Assembly (NCBI GenBank): GCA_964016885.1
Contig: OZ024755.1
Span: 17,856,001 to 17,920,000 of the forward strand
Length of the DNA: 64,000 bases
Origin: Eledone cirrhosa
Lineage: Eukaryota
Direction of reading: 5' to 3'
Below, piece after piece: positions 24,801 through 39,900 of the stretch. A program made the position numbers and the translations under genes. Numbering within the stretch: position 1 is the first letter of the stretch; each line of letters begins with the position of its first letter. The notes under the pieces were generated by a model. The model saw only the letters and a list, made by a program, of their open reading frames with translations, searched no databases and was not told where the DNA came from.

Positions 24801-27800
24801 GATTGACAGAGTTGTTAAAATGTCAGATATTCAGAATGTGTGGCATTTATTCCGGCTCTTTGCTTTCCGAGTTCAAGTCCTGCCTAGGTCATCGTTGCCG
24901 TTCATCCATTCTTGGTTGATAAAAAAAGGGGACCAGCCAAGTCCTGGGGTTGATTTTTCTTTTATATCTCTTTCTCGCTTCCTTTCTCTCATTCTCTCTA
25001 TCCTTCTCTGGAAGAAGTCTGCTGTAGATATGCTCTAGATATGCTTTATGTCAACATGGTGCCTCTACGACTCCCTCAGGAGTTACGGATCCATACCATG
25101 CTATATACCACAGGTTTCTACACAGTTTCTGTCTACCAAATTGCGCTCACAAAACATGGTAGAAGACATCTGTTGATGGTGCTGTGCATCAGCAATTTAT
25201 GGGCTTCCACACAGATTCTGCCTACCAAGTTGGTCAACCTGCATTGATCAATCTGAAGCTATAGCGTAGAAGACTCTGGTTCCCATGGTGCCATGCAGTG
25301 GGACTGAACTTGAAACCATTTGTTTGGCAGAGCTAACTCTTTAGCCACACCCTTGTCCAAATTGTTTCAATTATTTATTTATTTATTGTTTCAGCAATTG
25401 TTTGTATGACTTTTCTATTGTTAAATATTCACCAGTAAAGTAGGTAAGGAAAAGGTTGTTGTTGTTGTGTCACAAGCAAACTGGAGTAGTCAAATGCTTT
25501 GTTCATCTGACACAACACTGTGACTAGTGTAGTATGATAGATTTGAACTTGTGACCACATGGATGTGTGTGTATGTATGTGTGTGCGTGTATGAATGTGA
25601 GTGTGTATCTACTATGTATGTGTGTGTAATAAATTGATGGGGTTTATTTTTGAAAAATAGTCCCTCCCTGGAAAGATAAAATGCAATCATTAATAAGAAG
25701 AAAAGTTGAAATTAATGCATGCAAGATTTCACAGCTCTAGCATCATTTCTTTATAATCAGCCAATGAACTTTTCTGCCCACCCTCGTAAAACACATTAAA
25801 AAAAATGATTGAAATGATATCAGTGAATAGATAATGATAAGTCCTATTCTGACATGAACAACTAAGTGAAGGTGAAATAAGAAGGTTAGTACTAAGACGG
25901 AAGCTAATTTAGAAAGCAGCTGTATAAATATTTAATAATTGTTTCTACTTTTGGCACAAGGCCAGCAATTATTCCAGTGTATTACTGTATATAGTAATAC
26001 AAGGACGATTTGTTAAGCCTTCATTACGTTTATTGATTGGTGACGCGTGTTTCGCTATTGATCAGCACAAGGTTCAATCTGGCCCGACTGGAATCAAAAG
26101 CCCGTCGAACCTCTGCTGTTGTAACGATATGATGGTGTGTGTAAATGAATATATAAAAATCAATGTCTGAAGTGTAAACACTTTTTTTCTGTTTTTTTTA
26201 GGTTATGTTGGTGGCTATGACAAGTCAGAATAGAATATCTTCATCAAATCTTTACAGAAGGTAAATAAAACAACATTGTTTTTAAATTTTATATTTATAG
26301 GATAGGTACCAGCCTGATGATCCTCCAGGCTCAAGGCAGACTTTAGACTTTTTAATACTATGGTCTCTTTGTATTTGTTTTTCTGATTATCTTTTAACCC
26401 TTTAGCATTTATATTACTCTATATACACCATTGTATTTTCACAGTAAAGGCTTTATCTTACATAATTATCTCACATAATATCGAATCTATGAGATTTTGA
26501 TGTTATTCATTTTGAGAACAATACCTTAATGTAGGTATGAGCAGCCAGTTACAGCCGGTTTGAACCGAAAAAAATGAGAGTTCTGACCAGATACGGCCGG
26601 TTTAAATGCTAAAGGGTTAAGACATGATATTTTTTATACGGGGGCTGAGGCCTATATCTAATAGGAACCCTTCCTCTACCTTTGCTGTAACCATCCTTCT
26701 CCTATTACCTACGTCCTCAATTTCCCCAAACTTCCTCTCCCTCTCTCCCCAGTTCCCATCCAACACCATGTAGTCCCCCCCTCCCTTCCCCCAAGTGTCA
26801 AGACAAAAGCGCCCAGTTCACACTGTAAAGTGGTCATGTAGGTGACTCAACAAAAAGCACCCAGCACACTCTATAAATGTGGTTGGCATTAGGAAGGGCA
26901 TCCAGCTGTAGAAACCAAGCCAAAATCAGCCCCGGGTGAGCAAAACATGGTCCTCAGACTTGATTCTCTCCCAAAGGGTTAACCCATCCTACCCATGCTA
27001 GCGTGGAAAATGGACGTTAAATGATGATGATGATGATCAATGTATTGCCAGTAACAACAATATTGAATGTTGTTTCAAGAGCTGTGACTCTACAAATTCA
27101 AATAGTAGTCTAGACAGAGTAAAGCTAATTATGAGCAGATTAAATTAGCCATCCAGCCTGCCAATGTCATTAACTTATTTCTAACCATATTTCTATTCAA
27201 AGACACTTCCTATGACTTTAAAATAATTTTGAAAATTGCTAAGAATTTGGAAAGATTTAGTAATATAGCTAACTTATTCATTATTAAGTTGGTGTTTGGA
27301 ACATAGCTTAACAAATGTTCTACATAAAATTATGATGGAAATATTTTAGATAAATATAAACCGAGCCAAAAAGAGATACATATGAGCAAGACATGATCAG
27401 CTATTTGTTTGTCCTGTATCTATTGAATGAGAGAATATTTAGAGTGTTTGCTGAGTAAAAACTCTGTTACTGAATTTTTACTAGTCTATATTGTTAACAT
27501 TATTACTGCGATTGGCAGTATCAGTAGAGCATCAGACACCAAGCTTTGCAGCATGGAGTTATGGCCCTTTGCGTTTGGGATCAATAAAATAAAGTACCAA
27601 TAATGAACTGGAGTAATTGCTGGCTTTGTGCCAAAAGTAGAATCCATCATTACTGTGTGTTTCTGATTGAAAATAGTTACATACATATGTATATATACAC
27701 AGGTTTCTAACTCCTAATCAGCTGCATGTTATATCACAAAGGTTTATGATTATAGGCTCAATGTTGAAACACAAATCAGAGACACCTGATATAGTTTTAG

Positions 27801-29057
27801 ATCTTGATAACTTTTCGTAGTATACAATCTAGTGTTTATCTCATTAACCTTAGGAAGATAAACAAAAAAAAAAAACAGGTCTATGTCAGCTCAGTTTCAT
27901 TTTATTCTCAGATCAGTAAGCCATAGCTCTGAACACAGTTATCATCATTATTTTATGACTGTTTTTCTCCATGTTTGCATGAGTTGGATAGGTCTTTTGC
28001 AGCACAGCTTCCCTCCTTCTTTGTCTTTGTCTTTGTCTTTGTCAGCTCTAAACCCCCCTGCCCAATGCTTATCATCATCATCGCCACCATTTAACATCCA
28101 TGATGATGATAATCATAATATAATATAGGGAGGACTGCAGGACTGTCCTGAATATATTTTTTTATCCCGTTAGTAAAATAAGTAGGATTACTTTGAATAA
28201 ATAATGAATGAATATTATATAATTTTTGTACTAAATTTCGTAGCTGTTGATTAAACATAAATATTCTTATATATAATGATTGCTTATTTTAAGATTCACT
28301 TCTTTTAAAATTTTCAAATATCTACACTTCCGGTTAGCATATGTTATATCATTACACTTATTACATCGCTTATGTAAGCATTCATATATTTGCATCATTA
28401 TATAAGGTTTATATTTCTCTCACTAATTTTCTCCTTTTTCGTTTTCATTACATTTCACCATAATGCAGTTTATATATAATATCGTCTTTTTTAAATGTAT
28501 CATGGATTACTTTACTGATTACGGAAGACAGTATAACACAGTCTCTCTTCAATTTCTGTGCATATTGTCAATTACAATTTTATTTGAGATATCATATCTA
28601 CATGCATGTATATTTGCATATAATATCAATATGCACACTACACATGCTAGTTTTATCTAATGCCCTAACAATTCTGCCAAATCCACTGCCTTTGGTTGAT
28701 ACTAAATAATTGTATATGTCAGAAAATAGGTGTTCTATTTTAACCTGTCTCTAACTGTTGTTTCTTCTATTTATAGTAACCCTTCTGGTGAAAAATTTCA
28801 AACTATTAACCACCTATTGAATAATGAAAATATCAGGACAGGCAATGGTTTACAGCACCATAAGTCCAATGTGAAGAAGGTAAAATACTTCCCATTGTTT
28901 TGCATGTATTTTGTTGCTAGCGTGGAAGATGGATGTTAAACGATGATGATGATGATGTATATATGTATCAAACAGAAAGTTATTGGTCACTAATATACAA
29001 GCAAAACTTTCTAATATTAGTTTGTCTAGCTTGTTTTCCTTCCATGTATATTTTGGC

Positions 29058-29099
<42 letters not shown>

Positions 29100-31094
29100 A
29101 GTAGAACACTGGAGGGTTGTATCCATAATAGTAGAGCACTCAGTCCATGGGACGAGTTTGGTAGAAGTAGTTCCACAACAGTTAGTTCACCATACTGAGA
29201 ACAAATGTTTCACCTTATTCAGATCCTCAACTGTGTGTGTGTGTGTGTATGTAATAATAATAATAATAATGAAATTATTGTGTAAAGTGCTCAGGTGCAC
29301 TACAACTCGTCAAAGGTGTATGTATAGTACATAGAATAATACACAAATGTCAGGGAAGTACATGTGTGTATGTGTTAGCTGTAGTGTTGGCGGATCTCTG
29401 GAAGCATGGAGGCCTTAAAGGATGCAGTGTCTCGACAGCTAACAACTGATGCAGGTAGTTTGTTCCATGCTTCAGCAACTCTGAGCGTGAAAAAAATGTT
29501 TCCGAAAGTCATGGGAACTGTGCTGTTTTCTTACTTTGTGGGCATGTCCACGTGTGTTAGACACATGGAAATCAAAAAGGTACTCAGGGTTGTTGTTGGC
29601 AACATGGTTAACAATTTTGTGGGTGTTTACCAAGTCAGTTGCCAGGCGTCGGAGCTTCAATGTATCCATACCCAGGGAAGCAAGGCGCTCAGAGTATTGA
29701 TCAATCCAAGACTACAGTGGAAGGTACCATGCTATGTGACTGAATCCAAAACGATGAGGTTCTGAAGTGAACTCCTTAACCACGCAGCCATTTCTAATTT
29801 ACTATCTTTTCTATCCTATTTTTTCTCTCTCCTACTTCCTCTCTCTCCTTTCACAATATTGCATCTATTTCAACCTTCACTTATTTCTTTTTGTTTCCCA
29901 CCATTACTGTTATTGTTAGCTCTATATGTGACACTACGGTGTCTCTTGTTTCTTTCATTTCAGCTGTATGTTATTACAAAATCTAGCCTATTTATTACTG
30001 AAGATGGTGGAAGGAATTTTGAAAAAGCTCTGTTGAGTTTTGACTTGGATAGTTTGTTAATATTCAACGAGAACAGTGAAAACTACATACTGACTAAAGA
30101 GTCCAAGACTAAGGTACGTATAAATCAGTTTTATATCTGTTCGGTATGTTATAAATCAGTTTTATATCTGTCAGGTATGTACATCTGTAAGGTATGTTAT
30201 AAGTCAGTTTTATATCTGTAAGGTATGTTATAAATCAGTTTTATATCTGTCAGGTATGTACATCTGTAAGGTATGTTATAAGTCAGTTTTATATCTGTAA
30301 GGTATGTTATAAATCAGTTTTATATCTGTCAGGTATGTACATCTGTAAGGTATGTTATAAGTCAGTTTTATATCTGTAAGGTATGTTATAAATCAGTTTT
30401 ATATCTGTTAGGTATGTACATCTGTAAGGTATGTTATAAGTCAATTTTACATCTGTTAGGTATGTTATAAATCAGTTTTATATCTGTTAGGTATGTACAT
30501 CTGTAAGGTATGTTATAAGTCAGTTTTATATCTGTAAGGTATGTTATAAATCAGTTTTATATCTGTTAGGTATGTACATCTGTAAGGTATGTTATAAGTC
30601 AGTTTTATATCTGTAAGGTATGTTATAAATCAGTTTTATATCTGTTAGGTATGTACATCTGTAAGGTATGTTATAAGTCAGTTTTATATCTGTTCGGTAT
30701 GTTATAAATCAGTTTTATATCTGTAAGGTATGTACATCTGTAAGGTATGTTATAAGTCAATTTTACATCTGTTAGGTATGTTATAAGTCAGTTTTACATC
30801 TGTTAGATATGTATGTCTGTTTTATATCTGTTAGATATGTATGTCTGTTTTATATCTGTAAGTCATGAGGAAATTGGCTATGGTAAAGACACTTGCACAA
30901 GATGCCACGTGGCACTATTGAACTGAGGACCTCATGATTGCAAAGTGAACTTCTTAACCACTCAGCCATGCCTGTTTCTACTGAGTAATTCTAAATATAG
31001 GAGGACTGTATTTTGTTCATCAACCTCAAATGTTTTGGGTTAAAATCTGAAGGGTTTACTTTTGTAAAGTTTAGTTAATTCAGCTCTAGTTTAT

Positions 31095-31126
<32 letters not shown>

Positions 31127-34100
31127 GTGTTTGTGCAAGATGGAGACAGAGAGAGAAAGAAAGTAGGTTGTATTTTAAAACTTATTGTGTATACTTTCTT
31201 ACAGATGCTTTACATTTCAAAAGAGGGTGGAAGGAGTTGGGAAAATATTTCTTCAAATGTTAGTTTATTTTACTGGTAAGCATTTTTTCTCTTTATTTAT
31301 CACTTCTGCAAACATTAGTATCTTAACAAACTATACTTGTTGATTAAATTAACTCTATTAATATCAACCTTCCCAAAACCTCCACTGGTTCTATGAAAGA
31401 AAAAAATCACCAATTTAATAGGACCCTATCTCTATTAAAATCTCCCCACAAAATTTAATATAAGAATCTTTGGTTATGTTACATATACCACCTTAAAGTT
31501 AAAAATGAAATACCGATAAATTTGTTTTAAAAGCCGGTTCAATGTAGTAGAAGAATACAAAGGGCAAATGATGACAAATGAAACAAGTGTTAACTACATT
31601 ACTCTAAAAATGAAATAAGTTTAGTAAAACCCTTCAGAATTTGCCATTAAGTAGTTGAAATACTGTGTATTTCAATTTAATTCTGGACATGAATGGATTA
31701 ATTTCACTTGGTGGAATAGTATAAAGAATCATTGCGAGTGCAGTTAAAAGTAGAGTTTCAGATCTAATGTCTTGTAATACTTAGTTAGGTCTCTTTACAT
31801 TCTTCAGTTCAAATCTTAGGTTATTTTTGCCTTTCATTCTTCTGGTGTTGATAGAATAAAGGCCCTAGTTATCTTTGCCTTTCATTCTTCTGGGGTTGAT
31901 AAAATAAAGGCCCTGGTTCTCTTTGCTTTTCATTCTTCTGGGGTTGATAAAATAAAGGTCCTGGTTATGTTTGTCTTTCATTCTTCTGGGGTTGATAAGA
32001 TAGAATAGGGAGTACTCTTTAGTTTTTCATGATACAAGACAAGCTTACAAGTGTTGGTGCCACAATAAGATGCACCCAGTACACACCACACTGTCAAGTG
32101 ATTGGTAATTGAACAGAGACAATTTGGGGTCAAGGGGAACTTTTAGTCCTGCTGACAACCTCACTGGTGTTGGCACCACAATAAAATCCACTCAGTACAC
32201 TTTGTAAAGTAGTTGGTATTAAGAAAAGCATCCAGCCATAGAAACCATGCCATAAATGGAATATATGAGTAATAGGTCCTCTGACCTGTCTAGGAGGACA
32301 TTAACTTTAAATAAGAACTGATTCAAAACATGAGGATTTGTCCAACCAATTCCAATATAGAATAATGATGATTTTAAGGACAAGAAATAGTTATTACATT
32401 CTCAAATTAATTATCAGTATTCATAGACTAGTATTATTTGAAATACATTGTTCAAACTATAAATATTAGTTAGCAATAGTTTTAACCCTTTAGCATTTAA
32501 ACCGGCCAGAATTCTCTCACCTCTTTCTATTCAAACCGGCCATAACTGGCCACTCATACTGACGTTAAGGTGTTGTTCTCAAAATAAATAACATCAAAAT
32601 CTCATAGATTCGATATTATGTGAGATAATTATATGAGATAAAGCCTTTACCACAAAAATGTAATTGTATATATAGAGTAATGTAAATGCTAAAGGGTTAA
32701 AAGGCAGTGAATCGGCAGAGTTGGTAGAACATCTGATAGAATGCTTTGCTGTATTCATTGCGGCTCTTTGATCTCAAATCCAGTTCAAGGTCAACTTTGC
32801 CTTTCATCCCCTCAAAGTCGCTAAAAAAAAGTACCAGTCTAGTACTGGGGTAAATTCTTCCTCTATATCTCTTTCTCACTTTCTATCCTCTGGAGGAAAT
32901 CTGCTGTGTTCAGACCTAAAGATGTATGGACTCCACCAGGCTTTAAAGTGCCCAAGAAATGCTGTATGCCACTATGGCAGCCCTACAACACAATCTGGAA
33001 TTACAGAACTATACCATACTATACGGTGGAGGCACATGGCCTAGTGGTAAGGGTCTTGGACTTACGATCATAATGTTGTGGGTTCGATTCCTGGGTTGCG
33101 TGTTGTGTTCTTGAGCAAAACACTTCATTTCACGTTGCTCCAGTATACTCAGCTGAAAATGAGTACTATCAATAGCTGGGAGTTTAACCCTGCAATGGAC
33201 TGGCGTCCTGTTCAGGGGGAAGTCTTGTACTCTCAGTCGCTTCATGCCATGAAACCAGGATAAGCACCAGCCAAATGAGCCTTCTGGCTTAAGACAGACT
33301 TTAAACTTTTAGACCATACTATACCAGTAATGGCTTTCTGACTAGCAGAAAGTAACTCTATTCTAGATGTTACATATTTTGTCATTTTCTATTTGTTTTT
33401 GTTTTGTTTATATTTACAGGTCAACTTCAAAAAATGATAAAAATTACACTATCTACATATCAGAGACGAATGCATCACATACAACAAGATGTAAGTTTTA
33501 CTTGTTTAATAAATAAATAAGAAAAAAGAAATCTGTCCTGACCCTTGGGGTTCATGAGGCTGATGATTATCCAGGTTTCATTGACATTTGGAAGCTCATC
33601 AGGCGAGTGCTTATAAGGGTTTTAGTGGTGTTAAGCGACTGAAAGTACAAGACCTCCCTCCCCGTTTTGTTCAGGATACCTGTCCATCGCAGACTTAATC
33701 CTCAGCTGAACATGAAATGAAATTTTTTGCTCAAAAGCCCAACGCACAACCCTATCCATGAATAGAACCCCAACAAAACTTGGCAGTTGTTTGCTCCAAC
33801 ACAATAACCACAAGGCCACATGTCTTCATAAGCGCAGTTGTTTATGTTATTGGATGTGTTAAAGGCTTCCATGATGTTGGATCAGAATATTGTTAATGTT
33901 AGCAACATTGTCTCATTCAGATATGAATGATTGCATTGAAACCTGACAAAAAGTACCCAGTCCACTCTGTAAAGTGGTCATTTTGGTGCCTTGATAAAAG
34001 TTCCCAGTCGTTGCTGTAAATGTGGTTGTTTTGGTGCCATGGCAAAAGTGCCCAGTCCACACTGTAAAGTTGTCATGTTGGTGACATGACAAAAAGCGCC

Positions 34101-36407
34101 CAACCCATGCTGTGAAGTGGTCGTGTTGATGTCATGACAAAAAGTGCTCAGTTCACACTGTAAAAGGGTCGTTTTGGTGCCTAAATAAAAAGTACCCAGT
34201 CCACATTGTAAATGTGGTTGACGTTAGGAAGAGCATCCAGCCATAGAAACCAAGCCAGAAGCAGTTCATGAGCATGATATGGTCACCTAATCTGACTTGT
34301 CTCACAGCAGGTCAACTTGTCTAACCAATGCTAGCGTGGAAAAAGGGACGGTGATGAGAATGATAGAGAAAATGTAATGTATACATAATACAGGCTTGTA
34401 TGGGTTGGGCAAGTCCTTCACAGCACAGCATCTCTCCACTTTTCACGTTCCTTTGTCATCTCTTCCGTGAGCTTCAGCGATCTCAGAGCAGCTCTCACCC
34501 CTTCCATCCAGGTCTTCTTGGCATGTACGAGGGACGGCTGAAAAATTCAGATACTCTCATGGAATGACCAAACGAGGTTTATATATTCAACATAGTCGCT
34601 GGAAAGAAATAATGCAGTTATTAACAGGAAGAATTGAAATTAATGCATGCAAGATTTCACTGCTCTAGCATCATTCCTTCCTTCGTGGTTAGTCTATGAA
34701 CTTTTCAGCCGACTCTTTTACTATCACATTCGTAGAGTTGAAATAAAGCATGCAAGATTTCACAGCCCTAGCATCATTCCTTCCTATGAATTTTTCAGCC
34801 GACCCTCATATATGGAAATGAACTGAAAGGAGATGTTAGGTGTATCTTCTAGATATTATTATCCCTGTTTATTTTTTTAACAGATTATATAGGTGATGTT
34901 TATACATTGAAAAAATCTAGCGGAGACTACAGAGTATGGCAATCTCTGTTAAATGGAGTGGTCGCCTTTGGAATACAAGGGAACTTCATTTATGCAACAA
35001 CTCTTACAAAAGATGTAAGTCCTCACCTTATTTGTTTTCTACATGAAATGTTACTGTTTAGCCTTTTGTTTTTCGTTACCATATTTCTAATGAAATGTAA
35101 CTGCCTATGATTTTCTGCCAAGTGTTACAAGCATTTAGTTAGTACATGAAATGTTATTGTTTAACCTACGACAAAAAAACACACAGTCCACGCTGTAATA
35201 TGGTTGGTGTTAGGAAGGGCATCCAGCCGTAGAAAACCTGCCAGATAGTCCTATACGAGCGAGGCACAGTCACCCGAACAATCTTGCCTCAAGTGGGACA
35301 ACTCACATCTAACCCATGCTAGCGTGGAAGATAGACGTTAACCGATGATGATGATGATATTTCTAATGAAATGTAACTGCCAGGTGTTGCGACCAGTAGA
35401 AAGTATCAGCAATTGGAAAGAATAATGGAAACATTGTTTCCTTGGTCCAATTTGACAATAAGAGAATGAGGTTTGGGATCTTGTCGATCAAATTCTATGT
35501 TATGTCTTTTAAAAAAAGTGGTAGCAAACATGTAGTGTATGATATTCAAAAAGTTGAGATAGTCATGGCTGTTCTCAAATAAATATCATCATCATCAAAA
35601 TTTCATAGATTTGATATTATATGAGATAATACAATAGTAAATATAGAGTAATGTAGATGGTAATGGGTTAACTATAGTTTTTTTAATTGACTCATGTTAA
35701 TTTTTTTTTTTTGGATTTATTGATTTGTGCTTTGACAAAAAAAAAACAAATTCCCTTGGTTTTAACAAGAAAGAAACTGTCCCACCATTAGAAAAAATCA
35801 ATTTCTATGATCTTGGTCTGCCTGGGAGGTCAGTAGCTCCTGCTTCGATACTGACTTGGTCTATGCAGACCCGTCCAACCCTTGCTACCAAGGAAAACAG
35901 ATGTTAAATGATGATGATGATGATTGCTATTATTAAAAAAAATTATTTATTTGAGAGAAACTCACATTAAATCCTTTATTTTTCTCTCTAATCTTGTCCT
36001 GTACCACATGAAATCCCATTAGCAAAAAAAAATACAAAACAGTACTGCATTACATTAAATATTAAAAATCTTTATTTTTCTGCAAAGTTTTTCAATATTC
36101 TGTCTACTAGTAAAGGTATTATAAACATTTAAATTAAATAATCGTGGTGTTTTTATATATTTTTTACGAAATCATTACAGGATTTAGTGTAAATCGAATG
36201 TAGGTCAGTTTTTATTTTAGGTGACTTAAAAACAGCCTTTGTAGCTAGTTGTGCTTTGAAAAACAAAATAACAAAAACATTTAAATTTTATAAACATGGT
36301 ATTTAGAGTACTGAGGGATTGTCCAACACAATGGGAAATGTATACTGTATCAAAACTTGTCAGTCAGGTCAACTGTCTAGCTCTTTATTTTACATTTTGA
36401 TATGAAA

Positions 36408-36478
<71 letters not shown>

Positions 36479-36943
36479 GAATTACAATTTAGTTTCAGGC
36501 ATAGTTGTATACATAACTACTGCTCTCCAAATGTTTATTTTAAACATACCGTATTTCTTCTCAAATACGAAATTCCAATATATTTATATATATATATGTG
36601 TGTGTGTATGTTGTGTATTTCCATAGAAAGGTAAAGGAAAGAAGAGTGCTTTATGTATTGTACAGAGCTATTTAATTACATAATAAACAACACAATATAA
36701 TTCTTCCATTACCAAAGGTTTCAGGAAGCTAGACGATCTTAACAGAAATATCCAGTGCACTCAACAGATGAAATAGTTATGTTTTGGATATATGATTTGA
36801 AATTAATATCTACTAAAAATGAACGTGAGGCTGAATTAAAATAACGGAAAAATACCTGTGCACACAGATTCAGATATACATACATGCACATACACATAAA
36901 AATACATCCACGCATCCATGCGTACATACATATATAAATACAT

Positions 36944-36999
<56 letters not shown>

Positions 37000-39900
37000 A
37001 TGGAATAATTATATTGTTTATTATGTAAATAAATAATATATATATATATGTGTGAATGTGTTTTTACTAATCTATCTGTGTGAATATGTCTGTACTCATC
37101 TGTGTGTGTGTGTACCCATTTGTGTGAATGTGTGTGTACTCAACTGTGTGAATGTATCTTTACTAATCTGAGTGTCATCATCATCATCATCATCACCACT
37201 GTTTTACATCCGTTCTTCCATGCTAGCATGGGTTAGACGGGTTGTCTTGTTGTGGGCAGTGTCTGGTCGGCTGACCATGCCTTGCTCATACAGGAACTGA
37301 TTTGGGCTTGATTTCTACAGCTGGATGCCCTTCCTAACACCAACCTCATTTACAGTGAGTGCTGGTTGCTTTTTTCCATGGCGCCTACACGTACACTTTA
37401 CAGTGTGGGCTGGGTGCTTTTTTGCCGTGGCACCTCCACAACCACTTTGCAGTGGGAGGGTGTGGGGGCATATTGTCTATATGCTTCAGCTTGTACCCAT
37501 GGGAGGTCGGGTACTCTGTATGTGTGTGCAATAAAATAAATGAGAAAATGTTACTACAGAAGAGGTTAAAATATTTTGTCTACGAATATTAAACATGCCA
37601 TCTGATTTATTGTTTGAAATTATTTCTCTCACCCCTAACCACCTACCACCCTATCCCATCCTACCTCTTAAAAGGGTACAAAGGCCATTGCTTGACTGAT
37701 ATTGTGACTTTCGAATTTTATCTGTGAATGTTTTGACGGGAAAATCTGTTAATATACTTAACCTTTAGTCAAAGTCACACTTCTAAGTACTTATTGCAGA
37801 CAGAATAAGCAAGACAACTGCCCTACCCACTAAGGGTGCTTGGAAGGCAAATTGTGGTGAAGGAGGAAAGGAGCCCATAATAGAAATTTGTAGCTGCTCA
37901 TTAAACTATATTGGTTTTAGTTCATAAATGTTTAGAAAAATTGGTTATGTTTAGCCCCAGGTTAGCCCTGATTAAAAAAAAATTTGTTGTAATGAAAAAT
38001 TCTTTATAACGAGATTGACCGAAACAAATCAAGCATTTGTTTATTACCTCAGGGATGAGAAAAATTTTGTTATGCTAAAAAATTTGTTATAACGTAATTT
38101 TACCTGTATTTATGAATACCTATAGAAAGTTCTCTTATTTGATATTTTGCTTTCAAAGTATTCTAAGATTATGAGTGGCTGGAGGTAAATGAAAATTGGA
38201 GAAATTTGTTGAAACTTAACATATTGGAAACTTGTTACATAATGGAATTGTGAAAACAACACTTAAAACATTTTGAACATCAAAATATTAAAACTTCATA
38301 AATATATTTTATACTCATGAGAATGTCAATGTGCGTGAACAACCAAGCATAGACGAGTTGAGAGAGAAACTGTGTATAAGAGGGATAAACTGTAGTGTAC
38401 GGGAGAGAAGACTGTGTTGGTAAGGACATGTGATGCGCATGGAGGATGACCGCTGGGTAAAGAAGTGCCAAGAAATCCCAGTGGAAGGAAGACGCAGTAG
38501 AGGAAGTCCACGAAAATCATGGGTAGAGCTGAGGATCGCTGAAGCTCACAGAGGAGATGGCGAAGGACATAAAGTGATGGTGATGAGAATCTCAAAACTA
38601 CGCCATCCTAACATAGTGTGTTGATTAGCTGCCTCGGCTTATAAATAGATTTTGGATTGTTGCCCATTTCTCAGACATAAAATGGCGGGGGTGTATATTT
38701 ATATACAGTAAAAATCTATCACCAAAATTTCTCAAGGATCCATCGAGTAGAAAAAGAATAGTGTCAACAAGTTGAGAGTTCCAGAAAGTGTTATTGTATT
38801 AATAGTAGTTTAGATAAAGGAAAGATATGATTTAATGGTTGTTAAACTGTTGCTTATCAAGGAGAACATCATTGTAATTCATGTTTATAGCTATTAGCAC
38901 TGAAGCATTGTTACATTAAAGATATTCTTCTTGTGAATTTTACCCTTTTGATACTAAACCATCTGAAACCACTGCTGGTTATAATATGATATAAAAGAGT
39001 GAGAGTGTTTATATTTATCTGGAAAAACAAATTTCATCTTAATTCTATGTAAGAACTTTTATTAAGTTATGTTCCAAACATCAGATAAATAATGAAAAAA
39101 ATGATATTATTAAATCTATTAAAGAGGTTGGGGGATTGGCAATATTGGTCAAGCATCAGGCATGTTTTGTGGCATATGGTTACATCCCTTTATGTTCTGA
39201 GTTCAAATCCCACCGAGGTTAGCTTCGCCTTTCATCCTTACAGGGTTGATAAAATAAAGCACCAGTAATGCACTGATGTCCATTTAATCAAGTTTCCCCT
39301 CCATCTAAAATTGTTGGCCTTCTGCCTAAATCAGAGACACTTCTGAATAATATGATAAATAACTTTGATAAAATGAAACCCTAAATCTGAAACCATTATT
39401 AAATCTATTAAATGTTTTGATTATTTTCAAAATTATTCAAAATTCATAGATAATGTCTTAGAAATATTATAATGAAATGGTTGAATCCTGCATGAGTGGG
39501 TGCTGAAATATTCATTGTTTGGATGAAAGAAAATACAGGAGGATCAGTTAATTATGATTTTATTCAACATATTCACACAGTTATTGTAGCGGCCCTACCG
39601 CCCATGTAAAGATAACAACTCTACTCTTAAGCCTTTAGCATTCAAACTGGCCAGAACCAGCTAGAATTCTTTCACCTCTTTCTGTTCAAACTGGCTGTAA
39701 CTGGTCCCTCATACTCACGTTAAGGTATTGTTCTCAAAATATATATCAAAATCTCAGATTCTATATTATGTGAAATAATTATGAGATAAAGCCTTTACTG
39801 CGAAAATAAAATAGTATATATATAGAGTAATGTAAATGCTAAAGGGTTAAAGCCCTCATGTATTTAAAAAAATGCTTTTTCCTAATTAGAATGATTTGTA

